The translations under genes were made by a program, and so were the position numbers. From NCBI GenBank assembly GCA_040772365.1, contig JAXGYI010000003.1:7234-71233 (forward strand): a stretch of DNA of 64,000 nucleotides, given 5' to 3'. The DNA comes from Candidatus Moraniibacteriota bacterium. GTDB lineage: Bacteria; Patescibacteriota; Minisyncoccia; Moranbacterales; GCA-2747515. The notes below the pieces were generated by a model. It was given only the letters and a program-made list of their open reading frames with translations. It searched no databases and was not told the origin of the DNA. Positions 56,992 to 64,000 of this stretch are shown one piece after another (the first letter of the stretch is position 1; each line of letters opens with the position of its first letter).

Positions 56992-57537
56992 ATGGCAAAA
57001 CAAACACAACACCACGGAAAAGCATGGTATGTGTTGCATACCTATTCCGGTTATGAAGATAATGTCGCTCGAAACTTGCGACAACGTATTGAGTCTATGG
57101 ACATGCAGGATCATATTTTTGATGTGATCGTGCCAGTGGAGAAGAAGATCAAAATCAAAGGCGGGAAGCGTGTAACAGTAGAGGAAAAAATTTATCCTGG
57201 CTATGTCTTGGTGCAGATGATTGTAACGGATGCATCATGGTATGTAGTGCGCAATACACCCAATGTTACGGGCTTCATTGGATTGGGAACAACACCGACA
57301 CCGGTAGATGCCGAGGAAGTTATGTCGATTAAGAAGAAAATGGGACAGGATGAGCCGAAGTATCGCATTGATGTGAAGAAGGGTGAAAGCATTAAGATTG
57401 TGGACGGTCCGTTTAAGAATTTTGATGGTGAGGTGCAAGAAATTGATGAATCTAAGGGAAAGGTGAAGGTGCTTGTTATGGTTTTCGGACGTGAAACACC
57501 TGTGGAGCTGGATTTTTTGCAAATCAAAAAAATCTAA
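56992..57537 (+). CDS. nusG: Transcription factor NusG
   Basis: WYVLHTYSGYE, YPGYVLV, VRNTPNVTGF, DGPF, FGRETPVEL. Confidence 0.98.
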   Translation: MAKQTQHHGKAWYVLHTYSGYEDNVARNLRQRIESMDMQDHIFDVIVPVEKKIKIKGGKRVTVEEKIYPGYVLVQMIVTDASWYVVRNTPNVTGFIGLGTTPTPVDAEEVMSIKKKMGQDEPKYRIDVKKGESIKIVDGPFKNFDGEVQEIDESKGKVKVLVMVFGRETPVELDFLQIKKI

Positions 57538-57585
57538 ACATTGTTATTTATAGACACGTAATCAATCAGTTAGCACACTATTTGT

Positions 57586-58014
57586 ATGGCAGGAAAGAAA
57601 ATTAAAGCCGTTGTAAAATTGCAGGTACAGGCTGGTAAGGCAAATCCCGCGCCACCCGTTGGTCCTGCGCTTGGTCAACATGGTTTGAACATTCAGGAAT
57701 TTTGTACGCAATTCAATGAGCAGACGAAGGATCGGATGGGTGATGTGGTACCCGTAGAAATTACGGTGTACGAAGATCGTTCATTTACTTTTACGATGAA
57801 GACGTCACCAGCTGCACAACTTCTCTTGAAGGCTGCTGGTATACAGAAGGGTGCGGCAAATCCCGTGACAGATAAAGTGGGCAAGATCACTAAGGAGCAT
57901 GTGCGCAGTATTGCTGAAGCAAAAATGGCGGATCTTAATGCTGCAGATCTTGATGCTGCGATGCGGATCGTGGAGGGTACGGCAAAGTCCATGGGTATTG
58001 CTGTGGAGGGCTAG
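57586..58014 (+). CDS. rplK: 50S ribosomal protein L11
   Basis: [25 protein letters not shown]. Confidence 0.98.
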   Translation: MAGKKIKAVVKLQVQAGKANPAPPVGPALGQHGLNIQEFCTQFNEQTKDRMGDVVPVEITVYEDRSFTFTMKTSPAAQLLLKAAGIQKGAANPVTDKVGKITKEHVRSIAEAKMADLNAADLDAAMRIVEGTAKSMGIAVEG

Positions 58015-58053
58015 AGTACATGCCTCATGTTTGTCATTTGTAATTATATAAGC

Positions 58054-58084
58054 GTGGGAGAGGTGAATACCTCGCATGTACCAC
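58054..58084 (+). promoter_or_regulatory. Putative L1-binding autoregulatory RNA element
   Basis: GTGGGAG-[gaggt gaat acctc hairpin]-...ACCAC just upstream of rplA, resembling known L1 mRNA binding sites. Confidence 0.7.
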
Positions 58085-58094
58085 AGACACAACT

Positions 58095-58769
58095 ATGAAA
58101 CAGAGCAAGAGATACAAGAGTGCGGTGGAAAAGCGTCAAAGTCACTCTATGACGATTACGGATGCGATTGCATTTGTCAAGGAGAACGCCAAGGCAAAAT
58201 TTGACGAATCTGTGGAGGTGCATGTGAGATTGAATATTGATACGAAGAAGGGCGAGCAGTCTGTGCGTGGCGCGGCTGTATTGCCACATGGTATCGGCAA
58301 AAGTATACGCGTTGGCGTAATTACCGAAGAAAAGCAGGGAGAAGCAAAAAAGGCGGGTGCAGATGTGGTGGGTGGTCAAGAATTGATTGATGCAATAAAG
58401 GGTGGGGCAATTCCTGCAGTGGATGTTTTGGTAGCAACGCCAGATATGATGCCAAAACTTGCCCCAGCGGCACGCGTATTAGGTCCACGTGGATTGATGC
58501 CGAGTCCAAAAACTGATACTGTGACGCTGCAAGTTGCCGCAACGGTGGAAGAGCTCAAGAAGGGGAAGGCAAATTTCAAAAATGATAATTCTGGTAATAT
58601 CCACCAAGTCATTGGTAAAGCGTCGTTTAGTGCTGAGCAGTTGCATGAAAACTACACAACTCTGATCAATGCAATACAGGCAGCGCGTACGGAGGCGCAT
58701 AAAGGCCAATTTATCAAGACAACACATTTATGCTCCACTATGGGTCCATCGGTAGTGATTGTGTCATAA
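58095..58769 (+). CDS. rplA: 50S ribosomal protein L1
   Basis: KFDESVE, VRG..VLPHG, LGPRGLMPSPK, STMGP. Confidence 0.97.
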   Translation: MKQSKRYKSAVEKRQSHSMTITDAIAFVKENAKAKFDESVEVHVRLNIDTKKGEQSVRGAAVLPHGIGKSIRVGVITEEKQGEAKKAGADVVGGQELIDAIKGGAIPAVDVLVATPDMMPKLAPAARVLGPRGLMPSPKTDTVTLQVAATVEELKKGKANFKNDNSGNIHQVIGKASFSAEQLHENYTTLINAIQAARTEAHKGQFIKTTHLCSTMGPSVVIVS

Positions 58770-58882
58770 GAAGAATTTATAATACACAGAGGTCCCCCAT
58801 GGTGGTGGACTTTTGTTGTTGTGGCACGTATACTGGATGCGTGACATAAATATGTGTATAAACTACTACAGAGCTATACTCT

Positions 58883-59479
58883 ATGGATCAGAAAAAAACG
58901 AATAACCACAACAATGGTAAGAAAGTTATCTTAGGACTTGTAGGGGAGACGGGTAGCGGGAAGGATACGGTGGCGCACTACTTGCAGCGCCGCTATGATG
59001 TAGACTTGTTACGTTTCAGCAAACCGCTCAAAAAAACACTGAGCCTCTTCTTTGAGCAGCCATCTAAGGATGATCAAGCGTGGCTCTACAGCGTTTTTAA
59101 AGAGCGTTTTGGTGAAGATGTTCTACATCGAGGCATTGCGCGATACATTAGTCAACATAGCGGCATGATGTGCGTCAATGGATTGCGGATGATGATGGAT
59201 ATGGATTTTGTCCGATCTTATGAGCACAACTACGTCATTTATGTAACAGCGGATCAGAAGATGCGGTGGGAGCGAGCATTGTCACGTGGGGAGAAATCTG
59301 ATGACAATCAGACATTTGCAGAGTTTAAGAAGTTTGAGGAAACAGCAGAAACAGAGCAGGCTGTACCAAAAATTGGCGCACAAGCGGATTTTACAGTACG
59401 CAATGAGGGTACGATGGAGGAATTGCTTGCACAGGTCGATGCTGTTATGGAGCAGATTATTGCTACAGAAGATCTCTAG
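58883..59479 (+). CDS. P-loop nucleoside-monophosphate-kinase-like protein (dNMP or dephospho-CoA kinase fold)
   Basis: [24 protein letters not shown]...RGEK.DD, ADF...NEGT. Confidence 0.75.
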   Translation: MDQKKTNNHNNGKKVILGLVGETGSGKDTVAHYLQRRYDVDLLRFSKPLKKTLSLFFEQPSKDDQAWLYSVFKERFGEDVLHRGIARYISQHSGMMCVNGLRMMMDMDFVRSYEHNYVIYVTADQKMRWERALSRGEKSDDNQTFAEFKKFEETAETEQAVPKIGAQADFTVRNEGTMEELLAQVDAVMEQIIATEDL

Positions 59480-59499
59480 GATTCACATCGTGCACTGCT

Positions 59500-60060
59500 A
59501 TGCGTAACGACAAACGTACAACATATCTTGACTGGGATGAGACATTCATGTTGATGAGTCAATTGATCGCACATCGGTCAAAAGATCCTTCCACGCAAGT
59601 CGGTGCATGCATTGTTGATGCGGACAATGTTATTGTCGGGCTCGGCTATAACGGTTTTCCCCGTGGGTGTCACGACGACAAATTGCCGTGGTGCCGTGAG
59701 GGGGCGGCATTGGATACAAAGTATGCTTATGTAGTACATGCTGAAGCCAATGCCATTATGAATGCCAATGATTCTGTTGTAGGCTGTCGGATGTACGTGG
59801 ATTTGTTTCCGTGCAATGAGTGTGCAAAGATCATTATCCAAAGCGGTATCCGCGAGGTGATTTACAACAGCGATAAGTACGTCGATGTGGATATTTTCAA
59901 GGCGTCGCGGAAAATGTTGAAGATGGCTGGTGTGCAGTTGCGTCACTATGTGCCACGGCACCAGTTGGTGGTACAGCCCTGTAGCACAGAGAAGAACGAT
60001 GTTGCGCCGCGCAAACATACGCGTCGCCAGGTACGTCGTGTAAGAACTGTTAAGACATAA
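59500..60060 (+). CDS. dCMP deaminase
   Basis: [32 protein letters not shown]. Confidence 0.94.
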   Translation: MRNDKRTTYLDWDETFMLMSQLIAHRSKDPSTQVGACIVDADNVIVGLGYNGFPRGCHDDKLPWCREGAALDTKYAYVVHAEANAIMNANDSVVGCRMYVDLFPCNECAKIIIQSGIREVIYNSDKYVDVDIFKASRKMLKMAGVQLRHYVPRHQLVVQPCSTEKNDVAPRKHTRRQVRRVRTVKT

Positions 60061-60066
60061 AGCAGT

Positions 60067-60609
60067 ATGGCGCAGATGATTATTGGACTTGCTGGTGAGA
60101 TGGGAAGCGGCAAGGGAACAGTAGCGCAATATTTGGTAGAACATAAAGGTGCATCAGTGCATAGGTTCTCTACGATGCTACGTGATGTGTTGACGCGTAT
60201 GCACATTGAGCAGACGCGTGAAAATTTGCAGGCACTCTCCAAAATTTTGCGAGAGACCTATGGGCAGGATACTTTTGCACGCGTGATCGCCGAAGATGTT
60301 AAAGCGGATGCCGCGCCCCTCGTTATCGTAGATGGCGTACGGCGCGAGTCTGATATTGTGTACCTGCGTGACAATCCTGTGTTTCACCTGGTATTTATCG
60401 ACACAGATCTGCGCACGCGCTACGAGCGCATTATTCGGCGAGCAGAAAATGCAGATGATCAAGGGAAGACATTCGCGCAGTTTGTGGAAGAAAGTCGCGC
60501 TGACGCTGAGGTGCAGATTGCTGCACTAAAAGATGTCGCTGATATTGTGATCAACAATAACGGCACAGTAGCAGATCTCCATCGGCAAGTAGACGCATTT
60601 TTGTCGTAG
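60067..60609 (+). CDS. Second P-loop nucleoside-monophosphate-kinase-like protein, paralogue of 58883
   Basis: IIGLAGEMGSGKGT, RFS..L, DGVR, RYERI..RAENADD, AD...NNGT. Confidence 0.75.
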   Translation: MAQMIIGLAGEMGSGKGTVAQYLVEHKGASVHRFSTMLRDVLTRMHIEQTRENLQALSKILRETYGQDTFARVIAEDVKADAAPLVIVDGVRRESDIVYLRDNPVFHLVFIDTDLRTRYERIIRRAENADDQGKTFAQFVEESRADAEVQIAALKDVADIVINNNGTVADLHRQVDAFLS

Positions 60610-60707
60610 TGCTAGTGGAATGCTGCGTGTTGTGAGAAAGTTCTTTATTGGAGGAAATAGTGTGTGGTGGTAGTGTGCACATTTTTGTGGAACAAAAGGA
60701 GGTTGTC

Positions 60708-61019
60708 ATGGAACAGCAAACAGTGCTTTGTTACGTACCATCGGAAGAAATGGTGATGATGATGTACGATCTGCGCCATATCTTGGATCGTGTACACATG
60801 CCGTGGAGCGAGGTGCTTTTCACTGTCAGTGATGATGAGCAGGAGGTGACCTGTGGCGGAGTAGTTATTCCGACAGAAGGATTGGACCTTATACAGCACC
60901 ACATCCACCATTACGGGTGTATGCTGGAATTTTCTGAATGTGTATTTTCAGAACATGCATGCCCTGCAGAAATGTACGTCATTGTGCAGGGCAATGTGTT
61001 TAACACAGTTACGCAATGA
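60708..61019 (+). CDS. Hypothetical acidic protein
   Basis: AAGGAGG RBS before ATG 60708; hairpin downstream. Confidence 0.55.
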   Translation: MEQQTVLCYVPSEEMVMMMYDLRHILDRVHMPWSEVLFTVSDDEQEVTCGGVVIPTEGLDLIQHHIHHYGCMLEFSECVFSEHACPAEMYVIVQGNVFNTVTQ

Positions 61020-61025
61020 CGTGGA

Positions 61026-61063
61026 AATCCGTCGCGCTGTCATCGAAATTGCGGCGGATTTTT
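61026..61063 (+). terminator. Probable intrinsic terminator
   Basis: aaatccgtcgc/gcggcggattt stem followed by Ts. Confidence 0.55.
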
Positions 61064-61123
61064 ATAATTCCGTTGTTGCAAAAAACACTAAGACATGTAT
61101 ACTGGATAGGTATAAAAAACTAT

Positions 61124-61195
61124 TGGGCCGTAGCCAAGCGGTAAGGCAATGGGTTCTGGTCCCATGATGCGTAGGTTCGAATCCTACCGGCCCAA
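61124..61195 (+). tRNA. tRNA-Gln (anticodon CTG)
   Basis: Acceptor tgggccg/cggccca (U1-A72), D loop AGCGGTAA, anticodon arm atggg-ttCTGgt-cccat, T loop GTTCGAATC; CCA not encoded. Confidence 0.95.
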
Positions 61196-61337
61196 CATAT
61201 ATTGTGGAATTTTTTCCCATCTTCATTATTGGCATGTATGTGATAGGTGTAGCGTGGTGTCTGCATCTTACGGCTTGTGGTGTTTTGTTGTATACTGACA
61301 GGAGAGTGTGTAACGTAATGAAATTGTATATTATTCT

Positions 61338-62465
61338 ATGGCACAAAAACGACGTATTGTTTTGGCAGGCGCTGGTACTGGTGGGCATGTCTTCCCACTC
61401 GCTGCCGTTGCTGAGCAACTGAAAGTACAATATCCGCATTGCGAATTTCTTTACATTGGTACGAAATCACAAATGAGCGATGTCGCTGAAGCGGCGATGG
61501 CGCAGATGGATATTCCAACCATTAACATCACTACAGGAAAAATGCGGCGGTATTTTTCCGTAGAATATTTTATAGATTTTTTTCGTATTCCATGGGGTGT
61601 TATACAGAGCCTGTGGCATCTTTTAATTTTTATGCCTGATGCAGTCTTCTCTAAAGGCGGCTATGCATCAGTGCCAGTTGTGGTTGCAGCATGGTTGTAC
61701 CGTATTCCTATTCTAACCCACGAGTCTGATGCTGTACCTGGGTGGGCAAATCGTATATGTGGGAAATTATCGCGCTATGTAGCAATTTCTTTTGCTGACA
61801 CGAAGAAGTATTTTCTTGCACGCAAAACAGTAATGACGGGCAATCCGATTCGCACGGTAATGACGCAGGGTGATCGCATGCGGGGCTATCAGCGATGGAA
61901 TTTTTCGGAATCGCGACCGGTGATTTTTGTTGTGGGAGGTAGTCAAGGATCGCAACGTATCAATGAGGCACTCATACGTATCTTGCCGGATCTTTCGCCG
62001 TTTGCACAGGTTTTACATGTGACCGGTCCGGATCACTACCAGGGTTTGTTGCCACTGGTGGGGGAAATGGGCTTCAAATCGGGTCGTAGACGATATTTTA
62101 TGGCGCCATTCTTACATCGTGAGGAGATGGCAGATGCCTATGCGATGGCTGATGTGGTCATTGCCCGCGCTGGTGCTAATACCATTACGGAGCTAGCGGC
62201 AAATCATAAGGTGGCGATTCTTGTGCCGCTTGTGGGAAGCGCTAATAATCATCAGGCAATGAATGCATATAGTGCGGCAAAGGCTGGCGGAGCACTTGTT
62301 TTGGAGGAGAGTAATCTCGGGAGCTCACTATTTTTTGAGAGGATTAACAAAATTTTACATGATCGCGATCTACGATTAAAGCTACAAAACAACATTGGGC
62401 AATTTTATCGTCCTGATGCTGCGGCAGTAATTGCTGCAGGCGTGATCAAGATGATTGAGAAATAA
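61338..62465 (+). CDS. murG: Lipid II GlcNAc transferase
   Basis: GAGTGGHVFP, KGGYAS, HES, TGNPIR, GGSQG, RAGANT, HQ..NA. Confidence 0.96.
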   Translation: MAQKRRIVLAGAGTGGHVFPLAAVAEQLKVQYPHCEFLYIGTKSQMSDVAEAAMAQMDIPTINITTGKMRRYFSVEYFIDFFRIPWGVIQSLWHLLIFMPDAVFSKGGYASVPVVVAAWLYRIPILTHESDAVPGWANRICGKLSRYVAISFADTKKYFLARKTVMTGNPIRTVMTQGDRMRGYQRWNFSESRPVIFVVGGSQGSQRINEALIRILPDLSPFAQVLHVTGPDHYQGLLPLVGEMGFKSGRRRYFMAPFLHREEMADAYAMADVVIARAGANTITELAANHKVAILVPLVGSANNHQAMNAYSAAKAGGALVLEESNLGSSLFFERINKILHDRDLRLKLQNNIGQFYRPDAAAVIAAGVIKMIEK

Positions 62466-62540
62466 AATACGTAGAAACGATGCATTGCATAGCGCAGACG
62501 TGTTGAGTGGATACTCTGTGATGATGACTAAGACACATCT

Positions 62541-63893
62541 ATGGCACAAATTTACATGATCAATATTGGTGGAGCCGGGACATCGGCATTGGCACTGCTG
62601 TTGCATGGGCGTGGTAATGTGGTGAGTGGCGTAGATACAGGTGATGGATTTTATACGCGTGCGTTGGAGAAGAAGGGTATTTGTGTACATACAGCTTTTG
62701 ATGCGGCACATGTGACAGATGCTATTGACCTTGTGGTGTACTCCACCTCTGTTGCAGCGGATAATGTGGAATTACGCGCTGCACAGGATGCTGGCGTGCG
62801 TACGATCACGTATCCGGAAGCGATAGGAGAGCTGACGCAGCAGATGCGTACGATTGCGGTATGTGGAACACACGGCAAAACAACAACAGCAGGAATGACA
62901 GCATATGCGTTGACTGGCGCTGGCATGGACCCCAGTGCGATTGTGGGCGCACAGATTGTAGAATGGGGCGGTGGTGCACGTGTTGGTGCAAGTACAATTT
63001 TGGTTCTTGAGGCAGATGAGTATCAAAATAAGTTAGCACTCTACAACCCATTTGGTGTTATTCTGACAAGTGCGGATTATGATCATCCGGATTTTTTCTC
63101 ATCACCGGAGTCCTATCATGAGGTGTTTGCAGATTTTATTGCGCGCGTACCCCAGCAGGGCTTCGTGGTTGCGAACGGCGATGATCCTGCTGTACGAGAT
63201 ATTGTTACATCGGCGCAATGTCGAGTAGTGCTGTATGGCGCTGGCGAAGACAACGACTGTGTGATTACATCACGTACGCCGAAGAGTGACTGGGGACAGG
63301 AGGTCCATATACGTCACGATGGTGTAGAGATGGTGCTAGTAACACGTTTGGATGGTGCGCATAATGCAGCAAATGCTGTTGCGGCATGGCTTGCAAGTAG
63401 TGCAATGAGTGGCAATGTGCGCGATAGCGCAAAGGGTATTACAGCCTTCACTGGCACAGCACGTCGTGCTGAGATGCGTGGTGTATTACATGGTGCGGTG
63501 CTGATTGATGATTACGCCCACCATCCTAAAGAAATTGCAGCAACGATTGCTGCTGTGCGGGAAAAATATCCCCATCGGAAGCTGACAGTTGCATTTCATC
63601 CACACACATTTACACGCACGCAGGCGCTGCTTCCAGACTTTGCCGCTGCACTGTCTACCGCGGATCGTGTAATAGTTTTGGATATTTATGGTAGTGCACG
63701 TGAGGAGGCGGGCACCGTGCATGCAATGGATCTTGTTGACGCAATCAATATTACTGCACGAGATCGGGCGCGCCATATTCCAACAGTTGTTGCATTGGCT
63801 ACGTGGATGCGTGACGCATTTACTGAAAACGATGTCTGCATTACTATGGGCGCTGGTGATATTTGGCAGGTTTATGAAATGCTTGGTTTTTGA
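62541..63893 (+). CDS. murC: UDP-N-acetylmuramate--L-alanine ligase
   Basis: IGGAGTSALA, CGTHGKTTT, EADEY, DHPD, DDYAHHP, PHTFTRT, MGAGDI. Confidence 0.96.
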   Translation: MAQIYMINIGGAGTSALALLLHGRGNVVSGVDTGDGFYTRALEKKGICVHTAFDAAHVTDAIDLVVYSTSVAADNVELRAAQDAGVRTITYPEAIGELTQQMRTIAVCGTHGKTTTAGMTAYALTGAGMDPSAIVGAQIVEWGGGARVGASTILVLEADEYQNKLALYNPFGVILTSADYDHPDFFSSPESYHEVFADFIARVPQQGFVVANGDDPAVRDIVTSAQCRVVLYGAGEDNDCVITSRTPKSDWGQEVHIRHDGVEMVLVTRLDGAHNAANAVAAWLASSAMSGNVRDSAKGITAFTGTARRAEMRGVLHGAVLIDDYAHHPKEIAATIAAVREKYPHRKLTVAFHPHTFTRTQALLPDFAAALSTADRVIVLDIYGSAREEAGTVHAMDLVDAINITARDRARHIPTVVALATWMRDAFTENDVCITMGAGDIWQVYEMLGF

Positions 63894-63938
63894 TATACTG
63901 AGCGCGAGGAAGATAATAGGTGTTTTTTGTAGAATCCT

Positions 63939-64000
63939 ATGATGATTATTGTTAGAGAAAATGAAGCGTTAGCGCCAAAAACAACATTTGACATCGGTGG
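63939..64000 (+). CDS. murB: UDP-N-acetylenolpyruvoylglucosamine reductase, N-terminus only
   Basis: Manual translation MMIIVRENEALAPKTTFDIGG matches the MurB N-terminal motif; follows murC. Confidence 0.75.
   Translation, partial: MMIIVRENEALAPKTTFDIG

Noticed and set aside
61124-61337. tRNA-Gln as an integration site for an island
   Set aside because: No duplicated tRNA 3' end or integrase seen; murG follows directly

Overview
A gene-dense bacterial chromosomal segment that uses genetic code 11. The gene content, split comEC, short HrcA and RpoA, and near absence of Shine-Dalgarno motifs suggest a Patescibacteria/CPR organism, probably Parcubacteria (inference). In order: parA/parB; a frameshifted six-hairpin glycosidase; a site-2 protease; a degenerate D-aminoacylase abutting murD; split comEC. 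A Wzm/Wzt polysaccharide locus follows (about 9.6-24.5 kb). It contains an AT-rich cassette (about 12.5-18.8 kb) that begins inside wzt and ends in a collapsed gene remnant. Next is a cluster of five secreted proteins that all carry DUF5648-like repeats in multiples of three (24.5-34.7 kb), then a second glycosylation block (ugd, GT2, GT4, flippase-like). The rest is housekeeping: prfA, infA-rpmJ-rpsM-rpsK-rpsD-rpoA-rplQ-rplM-rpsI, cysS, corA, yidD, CIRCE-hrcA-(NUDIX::grpE)-hsp20-dnaK, secE-nusG-rplK-rplA, a kinase-dCMP deaminase-kinase trio, tRNA-Gln(CTG), murG, murC and the start of murB. The best candidates for new biology are a putative DUF5648 glycan-anchoring surface system, the NUDIX-GrpE fusion, the kinase-deaminase-kinase module, and a structured RNA upstream of infA. 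All calls come from reading motifs by eye; no database searches or computed statistics were run.
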